Shown here piece after piece: positions 10,583 through 19,102 of a DNA stretch of 64,000 bases (positions are counted from its first letter, which is position 1; the number at the start of each line of letters is the position of its first letter). A program made the translations under genes and the position numbers. Below the pieces are notes generated by a model that was given only the letters and a program-made list of their open reading frames with translations, had not been told where the DNA came from and did not search any database. This DNA comes from an uncultured Gemmatimonadales bacterium (GTDB lineage Bacteria > Gemmatimonadota > Gemmatimonadetes > Gemmatimonadales > GWC2-71-9), in NCBI GenBank assembly GCA_963771275.1, contig CAVYSW010000003.1, positions 1,056,001 to 1,120,000 of the forward strand, read 5' to 3'.

Positions 10583-10648
10583 GTGCTAGCACGTGGCTTG
10601 GCGCCGGTTGGTGCGGTGGGAGATATCGAGCGCTCGCATCGACGTCAA
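10583..10648 (-). promoter_or_regulatory. Putative sigma70 promoter and palindrome upstream of cbiM
   Basis: TTGACG-N17-TATCTC (10648-10620); perfect palindrome GTGCTAGCAC at 10583-10592. Confidence 0.45.
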
Positions 10649-10703
10649 TGGGCGGCATGGTCGGTGGGCGCGTCCGGCGTCGGGGCAGACTCGGGCGGGG
10701 AGA

Positions 10704-10776
<73 letters not shown>

Positions 10777-10823
10777 CGGGGCGGAATAATAGCCGGGGCC
10801 CAGAGCAGGGACCACCCCGAACT

Positions 10824-11291
10824 TCACCTATCCGCCCCGCTCCACGGGCGGTCGTGGCGCGCGATCTCCGCGGCGTCCGGATACTTGCGGCGCACCGCTT
10901 CGAGGATCTCGCGTGCCCGCTCCGGCTCCTTCCGGATCGTCCGGTAGATCTCTGCGAGACGGATCGCCGCCTGGATCTCCACGTGGCGGTCGGCGCCGTG
11001 CGCCAAGTGGCTCTCGAGCAGCCGGATCGTGTCGTCGAGCGTCGGTCGGGTCGCCGCCGGCGCCTCGCCGACACCCTCGGTAAGCACCCGCGCGGCCCAC
11101 GCGCCGCCCGGTCCCAGCACGCGGTCCCACAACAGGTCCCACAGCGTCCACACCAATCCGAAGGCCGCCGCAGCGGCGAGCAGTCGAGGGGACCGAAGGC
11201 CCAGCCCGAGCAGCAGGAAGACCACGGTAGCCGCGGCGAAGACGGCGCGGACGACGATCCCGGGGTTGGTATACCGCTCGAACGCGCTCAT
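10824..11291 (-). CDS. Hypothetical membrane protein (2 TM + TPR-like helical C-terminus)
   Basis: Two hydrophobic segments; AAIRLAEIYRTIRKEPERAREILE. Confidence 0.7.
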   Translation of the reverse strand: MSAFERYTNPGIVVRAVFAAATVVFLLLGLGLRSPRLLAAAAAFGLVWTLWDLLWDRVLGPGGAWAARVLTEGVGEAPAATRPTLDDTIRLLESHLAHGADRHVEIQAAIRLAEIYRTIRKEPERAREILEAVRRKYPDAAEIARHDRPWSGADR

Positions 11292-11380
11292 GGGAGGGCC
11301 TGCGCTCGCGGCGCGGCGGGGGATCGGTTATTTATGGTCTAAATGACCGCGCCGCAACACACCCTGGAACCGCACCGTCC

Positions 11381-12448
11381 GTGCGCGTAGCCATCATTGG
11401 CGGTGGGCTCGCCGGCCTTGCCTGCGCCTTCGATCTCGTCGACGGCGGGGTGGATGTGACCGTGCTGGAGGCGGGCGACCGGTTCGGCGGGCAGGTCCGG
11501 ACGACGCTGGATCGCGGGTTCGTCGTCGAGGAGGGCGCCGACGGGTTCGACCCGATGAGCACGGCGCTCCGCACCCTGATTCGCGACCTCCGGCTGGCGG
11601 ACGACGTGCTCGTGCCGGAGTCGCTCCCGACGCTCCTGCTGGAGCGGGTCAACGGTACGCGCGCGCTCCGACCGGCGCGCGAGGTCCCGGAGGCGGCCGC
11701 ACCGCCCGCCACCCTCCGGGGCGGGATGTTCTCGCTCGTGCGTGGTCTGCTGCGTCGGCTCGAGGGGCGCGCGGACCTGCGCGTCGGCAACGCGGCCGTG
11801 GCGATCAGTCGCGCGGCCGATCATTGGGAGATCCACCCGGAGATCGGACCGTCTCTGAGCGCCGACGCCCTGGTTCTGTCGCTCCCGCCGCGATCGGCCG
11901 CCTGGCTCGTGCATGCGGTGTGTGCTCCCGCAGCCCGCGCCCTGTCGACCCTCGCCGCACGGCCCCTGATCACGGTCTCGCTGGCGTACCACCGCGCGGC
12001 CGTCGTGCACCCGCTCAACGCCGCCGGCTTCGTGGTGCCGCGCCAGCCGAGCGAGGGGGGGCTGGAGCTGTGCTCCTTCGTCACGTCGAACCTTGCCGGC
12101 CGCGCCCCGGCGGACACGGTCCTCGTCCGGGCGGTCCTGCGACCGGCCCGGGGCGAGCTCGTCGCGACGACGGATGAGGGCTGGGCCCACGGCGCGCATG
12201 CCGCGCTGCAGCCGATTCTCGGCCTCGGCGAAGCCCCCCTGGGAGCGTGGGTGGCCCGCTGGACCGACGCGATCCCACTGGTCGACGACCGTTACCGCAT
12301 GCTGGTCAGGGAGGCGGGCGCGGCGCTGCGCGCCACGGGGCTGATCGAGCTCGCCGGCGCGGCCTACGGCGCGTCGGGCCTGACCGGCGCACTCCATACC
12401 GGCACGGCAGCCGCGCGCCGGCTCCGCGCGGCGTTGAGCGAACCATGA
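11381..12448 (+). CDS. FAD-dependent oxidoreductase, short protoporphyrinogen/coproporphyrinogen oxidase (HemY)-like
   Basis: VAIIGGGLAGL, LEAGDRFGG, EEGADGF, TLRGGM, GFVVP, RWTDAIP, LAGAAY. Confidence 0.8.
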   Translation: MRVAIIGGGLAGLACAFDLVDGGVDVTVLEAGDRFGGQVRTTLDRGFVVEEGADGFDPMSTALRTLIRDLRLADDVLVPESLPTLLLERVNGTRALRPAREVPEAAAPPATLRGGMFSLVRGLLRRLEGRADLRVGNAAVAISRAADHWEIHPEIGPSLSADALVLSLPPRSAAWLVHAVCAPAARALSTLAARPLITVSLAYHRAAVVHPLNAAGFVVPRQPSEGGLELCSFVTSNLAGRAPADTVLVRAVLRPARGELVATTDEGWAHGAHAALQPILGLGEAPLGAWVARWTDAIPLVDDRYRMLVREAGAALRATGLIELAGAAYGASGLTGALHTGTAAARRLRAALSEP

Positions 12449-12627
12449 AGAAACCCATGCGCCAGTACGAGGTGGTGCTCGTGAAGCTCGCGGGCCGCAC
12501 GCGACCGGACGAAGAATCGCTCACCGATCTGCTGAACGAGCGCGCCCGGGCCGGGTGGCAGTTTCATACAGTGACGCCGCTCAGCCCCGCCCGGCTACTG
12601 GTCGTGTTCGCCCGCGATACGGCGTAG
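12445..12627 (+). CDS. Small DUF4177-like protein
   Basis: QYEVV...LTDLLNERARAGWQF...LVVFAR; ATGA overlap with upstream gene. Confidence 0.7.
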   Translation: MKKPMRQYEVVLVKLAGRTRPDEESLTDLLNERARAGWQFHTVTPLSPARLLVVFARDTA

Positions 12628-12640
12628 CCTGAACCACCCG

Positions 12641-13198
12641 ATGCCACCAGAGGAAGGCGAGCGGCTCGCCACCGAGCGGGCCTACGTCGGCCGCCTGTTG
12701 CGAGTCGACGTCGACACGGTCCGGATGCCGAACGGGACGCGTCTCGAGCTCGAGATGGTCCGCCACCCGGGTGCCGCGGCGGTGGTCCCGTTGCTCTCGG
12801 GCCCCGACACCGAAGACCCGCAGGTCCTGTTGCTGCGCCAGTATCGCTACGCGGCGGGAGGAATGATCTGGGAGGTCCCGGCTGGAGTGCTCGAGCCGGG
12901 CGAAGAGCCGATCGCCTGTGCGCGGCGCGAGCTGCGCGAGGAAACCGGCGCCGAGGCCGACACCGTCGAGTACCTCACCACCGTGTTCACGACCCCGGGG
13001 TTCACCGACGAGCGAATCCATCTGTTCCTCGCGACCGGCATTCGCGGCGGGCGCCCCACCCCCAACAGCGATGAGCTGATCGAAGTTCGTCCCCAGTTGC
13101 TCTCGCAGACCATGAAGATGATCCGGGACGGCGAGATCACGGACGCCAAGACCATCATTGCGCTGCTGTACGTGGCGGGATTTCGGATGCTGCTATGA
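12641..13198 (+). CDS. nudF: NUDIX hydrolase (ADP-ribose pyrophosphatase-like)
   Basis: HPGAAAVV, RQYRY, Nudix box GVLEPGEEPIACARRELREETG, TPGFTDE, DAKT. Confidence 0.85.
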   Translation: MPPEEGERLATERAYVGRLLRVDVDTVRMPNGTRLELEMVRHPGAAAVVPLLSGPDTEDPQVLLLRQYRYAAGGMIWEVPAGVLEPGEEPIACARRELREETGAEADTVEYLTTVFTTPGFTDERIHLFLATGIRGGRPTPNSDELIEVRPQLLSQTMKMIRDGEITDAKTIIALLYVAGFRMLL

Positions 13199-13253
13199 GC
13201 CAATCTGTCCCCTCCGGAGGACAACTCGGCACGCGGGATGACACCCGAGCCTC

Positions 13254-13281
13254 GCAACCTTCGTAGGTACCCAAGCATCTA
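13254..13281 (+). promoter_or_regulatory. Putative ECF-sigma (autoregulatory) promoter
   Basis: GCAAC-N17-CATCTA upstream of the ECF sigma gene. Confidence 0.4.
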
Positions 13282-13391
13282 GTTCACAAGAAGTTGAGCC
13301 GCGCTTTCGCCAGGCAGGCCAGGCCGGCGACGATCGGTATGGATGTTGCCCTTTTGGGCTACTGACCTCATTGGAGGGCTCTGGAGCCGCC

Positions 13392-14021
13392 ATGTTGACC
13401 GGTACTGCCATGACGCCACGACCGCTCGAGGCGGCGTCGGCTGGCACACAGAACGACTCGAGTGTCGTCGCCGCCTACTTGGCGGGCGATCGGCGATCAT
13501 TCGACGTGCTGGTGGATCGGTACCAACGGCGGCTCCTCAATTTCGTCTACCGCACGATCGGCGACCGCGAGCGGGCGGAAGACCTGGTTCAGGAGGTGTT
13601 CATCCGGGTCCACCGGCATCTGCACCGCTTCGACCAGTCGAAGAAATTCTCGACCTGGATCTACACGATCGCCTCGAACCTGGCCAAGAACGAGCTGCGC
13701 AACCGGAGCCGCAATCCGCTGGTTCTGTTCCAGACGATCAGCAAGAAGGACGGGGAGTCGGACCAGCGGCCGCTGCAGTTCGAGGATCTGCATTCCCGGC
13801 CCGACGACCTGTTCCACAAGCGTCACCTGCGGGAGCTGGTTGAGGGAGCGGTCGCGCAGCTGCCCGAGCATCATCGGATCGTGTTCGTGCTGCGGGAGCT
13901 CGAGGGCAAGACATACGAGGAAATCGCCGAGATCACGGACTGCAACCTCGGCACCGTCAAGAGCCGCCTGAACCGGGCCCGCAACCGCTTCGCCCAGCTC
14001 ATCGCGCCGCTGGTCGACTGA
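13392..14021 (+). CDS. ECF RNA polymerase sigma factor (RpoE-like)
   Basis: AEDLVQEVF, FSTWIYTIASN, LRELEGKTYEEIAE, GTVKSRLNRAR; GGAG before ATG 13392. Confidence 0.93.
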   Translation: MLTGTAMTPRPLEAASAGTQNDSSVVAAYLAGDRRSFDVLVDRYQRRLLNFVYRTIGDRERAEDLVQEVFIRVHRHLHRFDQSKKFSTWIYTIASNLAKNELRNRSRNPLVLFQTISKKDGESDQRPLQFEDLHSRPDDLFHKRHLRELVEGAVAQLPEHHRIVFVLRELEGKTYEEIAEITDCNLGTVKSRLNRARNRFAQLIAPLVD

Positions 14022-14095
14022 CCGGGGCTCCTCCCCTCGGGGAACATCCACGCGGCCCACCGGTAGAAGCAGGCCGATGACCGGTTGCCGCCCCG

Positions 14096-14590
14096 ATGAC
14101 TTGCGCTGAATTCCTGCGTCATTACTCGGAATACCGAGACGGCCAGGTGAGCAACGGACTGCTCCGTGGCCACCTTGAGGCTCACCTGCTGGCGTGTCGC
14201 CGCTGTGGCCGGCTCTTGGCGGCCATGGACCACGGGTTGGCGGCGCTGCGGGGCACCGAGGGCGTCGCGCCGTCATCGGGGTTCCGGGCGGAGCTGGACC
14301 GGCGGTTGCGGGCCGACGTGGCGACGCAGGACGCGGTGATGCCGGCCCACGCCGGGCTTGCGGCCACGTTCCTCGTCGCCGCGGCGGTGGCGCTGCTCCT
14401 GTACGAGGGCCTGTCGCATGCCGATTCCGCCGGGCCGGTGGCGCCGCTCGCGGCCTCACCGTTCCGGGCCCCTCCCCCTCCCGACCAACCGTTGCTCATC
14501 GACGTCACGCTGCCGGCCTTCACCCGCTCCGACCTCACCTTCACGAGCAGCCAGACGTCTCTCGGGTCCTTCGCGGCCTTCGGGCGCTAG
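14096..14590 (+). CDS. Zinc-binding anti-sigma factor (zf-HC2) with one TM
   Basis: MTCAEF...HLLACRRC (HxxxCxxC), TM segment, directly follows sigma gene. Confidence 0.85.
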   Translation: MTCAEFLRHYSEYRDGQVSNGLLRGHLEAHLLACRRCGRLLAAMDHGLAALRGTEGVAPSSGFRAELDRRLRADVATQDAVMPAHAGLAATFLVAAAVALLLYEGLSHADSAGPVAPLAASPFRAPPPPDQPLLIDVTLPAFTRSDLTFTSSQTSLGSFAAFGR

Positions 14591-14637
14591 CACCGGTCAC
14601 TTTCACAGGCACCAGGCGGCGGGTAATTTCCGCCGTG

Positions 14638-15690
14638 ATGGCCGGTCTATCTCTCGAGCGCGCGTACGGGGCTCTCAAGCAGGGTACCGTCGGGGGCGTA
14701 TACTATCTCACCGGCGGTGCCGAGATCCTCAAGGACGAGCTGATCGCGGCGATTGCGGACGCCGCGCTGGACCAATCGGCCAGGGACTTCAACCTCGATG
14801 TCCGGTCGGCGGGGGACCTGGACGGCGAGGCGCTCAACGCCTTGGTGGAGACGCCGCCGATGCTCGCCGAGCGCCGCGTCGTGGTGGTGCGCGGGATTGA
14901 CCAGTGGCGCAAGAACGCGAAGGTCTGGGACGTGCTGTACCGCTACGTCGAGCGGCCGTCGCCCACGACCGTTCTGGTCCTCACGCAGGCCGGGGACAGC
15001 GACCCCGACGCACGCATCATTGCGGCGTCGAGCCACCTGGCCCTGACCGGGCTCAAGCCCGACCAGGTGACGCGTTGGGTGGCGCACCGGGCCGCCCGGG
15101 CGGGCGTGACGCTCACCCCCGAGGCGGCGGCGCACCTGACGGCGGCCGTCGGCGGCGACCTGGGGCACCTCGCGGTGGAGCTGGAGAAGCTCGCGGCGGC
15201 GGCCGTGGGGGACGCTCCCGTCACGATCGCCGAGGTGTCGCGCCTCGTAGGGGTGCGGCGCGGCGAGACCGTGCAGGATTGGATGGATGCGATCCTGGCG
15301 CGGGACGCGCGCCGCGCGCTCGATCTGCTCGATGTCGTCCTGCTCCAGCCCGGCATGGGCGGAGTCCAGCTCGTCGGGGCGCTGGGTACGGCGTTCGTGG
15401 GCGTGCGGCTCGCCCGGGCGCTGGCCGATGCCGGAACCCCCTGGCCCCGGGTCGAAGCGGCCGTCTTCGCACAGATCCGCTCGGCCCGGCCGGGACGTCT
15501 CCGGAACTGGAGCGTCGAGGCGGCGGCCTGGACACGCGCCGCCCGGGACTGGTCGGCCGAGCATCTCGCGGCGGCGCTGGCGGCGGCCGCCGCCGCCGAC
15601 CGCCAGCTCAAGTCCACGACGATCACTGACGAACGCGGCATCCTGATATCGATGCTCCTGGCGTTTCCCCTTACGAGGGTGACAGCATGA
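14638..15690 (+). CDS. holA: DNA polymerase III delta subunit
   Basis: VYYLTG, RDFNLD, PMLAERRVVVV, GGDLGHLAVELEKL, DRQLKS. Confidence 0.9.
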   Translation: MAGLSLERAYGALKQGTVGGVYYLTGGAEILKDELIAAIADAALDQSARDFNLDVRSAGDLDGEALNALVETPPMLAERRVVVVRGIDQWRKNAKVWDVLYRYVERPSPTTVLVLTQAGDSDPDARIIAASSHLALTGLKPDQVTRWVAHRAARAGVTLTPEAAAHLTAAVGGDLGHLAVELEKLAAAAVGDAPVTIAEVSRLVGVRRGETVQDWMDAILARDARRALDLLDVVLLQPGMGGVQLVGALGTAFVGVRLARALADAGTPWPRVEAAVFAQIRSARPGRLRNWSVEAAAWTRAARDWSAEHLAAALAAAAAADRQLKSTTITDERGILISMLLAFPLTRVTA

Positions 15691-16514
15691 GGCGAGGGCT
15701 CTTCCTGGTTGCGTGCGCGACCGTGTGGGTCGCGCGCCCCAGTGCGGCGCAGACATTTACCGACTCGACATTGGCCCTGGCCATCCGGCTCGTGTCGGAA
15801 GGTCAGAGCGACTCGGCCCGGGCGATCGTGCGTGCGAAGCTGGCGGGCCTTTCACGCACCGATTCACTCTATCCGGAAGCGCTGTTCGCGGCCGGCATGG
15901 TGGGTGGCAGCCTCGACAGCGCGCTCGCCGCGTTTCGCCGGGTGAGTCTCGATTACTCCGAGTCCCGCTGGGCCGACGACGCGTTGCTGCGCATCGCCCA
16001 ACTGAGCTATGCGGCCGGGGACCTCGCCACGGCCGAGCGCGCCGTCGACCGGATCCTGGCCGACTATCCGCTGAGCGACGTGCGCGCCCAGGCGGCCTAC
16101 TGGGCCGGACGAATCCGCATCAAGGAGGGGAAGGGCAACGAAGCCTGCCCGCTGCTGCAGCAAGCCGCGGACGGGGCGGGGGCGGACATCGAGCTGGCGA
16201 ACCGCGCTCGGTACTACCTGCAGAGCTGTCAGGTGCCGGCGGCCCCCACACCGGATACGACCGTCAAGCCCGCGCCGCCGCCAGGCACCATCTACGCCGT
16301 GCAGGTCGCTGCGGTGGCGACGGCGACGGCCGCCGACGAGATGATGCGCACCCTGAACACGGCGGGCTTTCAGCCCCGCGTCGTGCGTGATGCCGACGGG
16401 CTGTTCAAGGTCCGGGTGGGGCGGTACGCCACGCGCGCCGAGGCGCAGCAGCTCCAGGTGGAGATCCGGCGCAAGCTCGGCGGCTCGCCGTTCGTCGTCG
16501 AGGAGCAGCGGTGA
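15687..16514 (+). CDS. Exported TPR + SPOR domain protein
   Basis: Signal peptide; TPR-like WADDALLRIAQ; C-terminal YAVQVAA...FKVRVGRYATRAEA. Confidence 0.85.
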   Translation: MRRGLFLVACATVWVARPSAAQTFTDSTLALAIRLVSEGQSDSARAIVRAKLAGLSRTDSLYPEALFAAGMVGGSLDSALAAFRRVSLDYSESRWADDALLRIAQLSYAAGDLATAERAVDRILADYPLSDVRAQAAYWAGRIRIKEGKGNEACPLLQQAADGAGADIELANRARYYLQSCQVPAAPTPDTTVKPAPPPGTIYAVQVAAVATATAADEMMRTLNTAGFQPRVVRDADGLFKVRVGRYATRAEAQQLQVEIRRKLGGSPFVVEEQR

Positions 16515-19102
16515 CCCGGAAGTCGCCGGGGGCGCCCGACACGCCCTTGATGCAACAGTACCGCGACATCAAGAACCGCCATGCGGACGCCATTCTGTTC
16601 TTCCGGATGGGCGATTTCTACGAGATGTTCTACGACGACGCGCGCCTGGCGGCCCGTGAGCTCGGACTCACGCTCACGGCCCGCAACAGCGGCGGCGCCG
16701 CCGACGTGCCGCTTGCCGGCGTGCCGGTCAAGGCCGCGACCGAGTATCTGCGGCGTCTCGTCGGCCTGGGCTACCGCGTCGCGATCTGCGAGCAGGTGGA
16801 GGATCCCCGGACCGCCAAGGGCGTGGTCCGGCGCGAGGTCGTCGAAACGGTGACGCCGGGGGCGATCCTCGCAGACGATCTGCTCGACGGCGTCGGGAAC
16901 AACTTCCTGATGGCCCTCGCCCCGGGAGTTCCGGTCGGCATCGCGGCGATCGACCTGTCGACCGGCGAGTTCGCGCTGGAGACCGTGGCGCCCGTCGACC
17001 TGGCCGGGGCGGTCGCGCGCTACGCGCCGCGGGAGCTGGTCGTTCCGGCGGGGGCGCCGTCCGCCGACCTGCCGTCCCCGGCGATGCGCACCACCCGTGA
17101 GGACTGGGAGTTCGACGCCGCGCTCGGCTGCGATGAGATCACCAAGCGGTTCGGGCTGGCGGGCCTCACCGGCCTCGACATCGGCGACCCCGACCGCCCC
17201 GCCCTGGCCGCGGCGGCGGCGCTGTTGCACTACCTGCGCGAGCTGCAGCCCGGCGGGGTTCCGCATCTCGCGCACCCGGTGGTGCGGCGCGCCGGGCGGA
17301 CCATGGTGCTCGACGAGATGACGCGTCGCAATCTCGAGCTCACCGAGACGATGCGGCCCGGCGAGCGGGGCACCACGCTGCTGTCCGTCCTCGATCGCAC
17401 GGTCACGCCGATGGGGACCCGCCTGATCCGCCAGTGGCTGCTCGCGCCGCTGCGCGATGCCGCGGCGATCCGGGCCCGGCATGACGCCGTCGAGGTCCTC
17501 GCACGCGACGGGCGGGGCCGCGACCGCCTGCGCGACGCGCTCGACGGCGTGCGCGACATCGAGCGACTCGCCGGTCGCGCCGCGGCGCGGCGGGCAACGC
17601 CGCGTGACCTCGGCGGGCTGCGCGACTCGCTGCAGCGCCTGCCCGACGTGCTGAGCGCGCTCCACGGACTGCCCGGACGCGAGGGCAGCGCGGAGCTCGA
17701 GCGCATCGCCCGCGCGTTCGACCTGCTCACCGAGTGTGCGGAGCCCCTCGCGCGATCGCTCGCGGAGCGGCCGCCGGCGACACTCGGCGACGGCGAGACG
17801 ATCCGGAGCGGCGTGGACCCGGCGCTGGACGAGCAGCGCGACCTGCGCGACGGCGGCAAGCGGTTCATCGCCAGCCTGCAGGCGCGCGAGCGCGAGCGCA
17901 CCGGCATCACGTCGCTCAAGGTCGGCTACAACCGCGTGTTCGGCTACTACCTCGAGGTCTCCAAGGCGAACCGTCACACCGTCCCGGCGGATTACGAGCG
18001 CCGCCAGACGCTGACCGGAGCCGAACGCTACGTCACGCCCGAGCTCAAGGAGTACGAAGCCCGGGTGCTCGGCGCGGAAGAGGCGGCGCTCCTCCGCGAG
18101 GGCGCGTTGTTCGACGTCCTGTGCGACGGGATTCGGGAGCAGCTCGCGCGGATGCAGAGCGTCGCCCGCATCCTCGCCGAGCTCGACGTGTACGGCGCCT
18201 TCGCGGACGCCGCGACGCGGGAGGACTACGTCCGGCCGCAGATGGCCGACGAGCCCGTGCTCGATCTGCGCGCGTCGCGCCACCCGGTGGTGGAGCAGCG
18301 GCTGCCGCGCGGCAAGTTCATTCCCAACGACATCTACCTGGATGACGCGCAGCGCGTGATCCTCCTGACCGGCCCCAACATGGCCGGGAAGTCGACGATC
18401 CTGCGGCAGGTCGGGCTCGCGGCCATCATGGCGCAGGCGGGCTGCTTCGTGCCGGCGGCGCAGGCGACGCTCGGCGTGGTGGACCGCGTGTTCACCCGCG
18501 TCGGCGCGAGCGACAGCCTCGACCTCGGCCAGTCCACGTTCATGGTCGAGATGAGCGAGACCAGCGCGATCCTCAACGCCGCGACGCCCCGGAGCCTGGT
18601 GCTACTCGACGAGATTGGCCGCGGCACCGCGACCTACGACGGCGTCGCCATCGCCTGGGCGGTGACCGAGTACCTGCACGATCAGGTGGGCTGCAAGACG
18701 ATCTTCGCCACCCACTACCACGAGCTGACGCAGCTCACCGAAGAGCTCCAGCACGCGCGCAACTGCAACGTGGCCGTGCAGGAGTCGGGACACGACATCG
18801 TCTTCCTGTACCGGCTCGATCCCGGCGGGGCCGACCGGTCGTACGGCATCCACGTCGGGCGGCTCGCCGGACTGCCGCCCGGTGTCGTCCACCGCGCCGG
18901 CGAGATTCTCGCCATGCTGGAAGCGGGCCACCACGTCGCGGGCCGGGTGCCGCCGCCGCCCCCCGACGCGGCGCAGCTCGCGCTGTTCACCCCCGAGCAC
19001 CCCGTGCTGCGGGAGTTGCAGGCCATCGACCCCGACACCATGACCCCCCTCGAAGCCCTGTCGCGGCTCGCGGAGCTGAAGCGACGGGCGGAGGAACGCT
19101 GA
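16511..19102 (+). CDS. mutS: DNA mismatch repair protein MutS
   Basis: TPLMQQY, FRMGDFYEMF, TGPNMAGKST, STFMVEM, DEIGRGT, ATHYHEL. Confidence 0.98.
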   Translation: MTRKSPGAPDTPLMQQYRDIKNRHADAILFFRMGDFYEMFYDDARLAARELGLTLTARNSGGAADVPLAGVPVKAATEYLRRLVGLGYRVAICEQVEDPRTAKGVVRREVVETVTPGAILADDLLDGVGNNFLMALAPGVPVGIAAIDLSTGEFALETVAPVDLAGAVARYAPRELVVPAGAPSADLPSPAMRTTREDWEFDAALGCDEITKRFGLAGLTGLDIGDPDRPALAAAAALLHYLRELQPGGVPHLAHPVVRRAGRTMVLDEMTRRNLELTETMRPGERGTTLLSVLDRTVTPMGTRLIRQWLLAPLRDAAAIRARHDAVEVLARDGRGRDRLRDALDGVRDIERLAGRAAARRATPRDLGGLRDSLQRLPDVLSALHGLPGREGSAELERIARAFDLLTECAEPLARSLAERPPATLGDGETIRSGVDPALDEQRDLRDGGKRFIASLQARERERTGITSLKVGYNRVFGYYLEVSKANRHTVPADYERRQTLTGAERYVTPELKEYEARVLGAEEAALLREGALFDVLCDGIREQLARMQSVARILAELDVYGAFADAATREDYVRPQMADEPVLDLRASRHPVVEQRLPRGKFIPNDIYLDDAQRVILLTGPNMAGKSTILRQVGLAAIMAQAGCFVPAAQATLGVVDRVFTRVGASDSLDLGQSTFMVEMSETSAILNAATPRSLVLLDEIGRGTATYDGVAIAWAVTEYLHDQVGCKTIFATHYHELTQLTEELQHARNCNVAVQESGHDIVFLYRLDPGGADRSYGIHVGRLAGLPPGVVHRAGEILAMLEAGHHVAGRVPPPPPDAAQLALFTPEHPVLRELQAIDPDTMTPLEALSRLAELKRRAEER

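Noticed and set aside
13227..13243. Sigma54 promoter (CGGCACGCGGGATGA)
   Set aside because: The -12 element lacks the conserved GC
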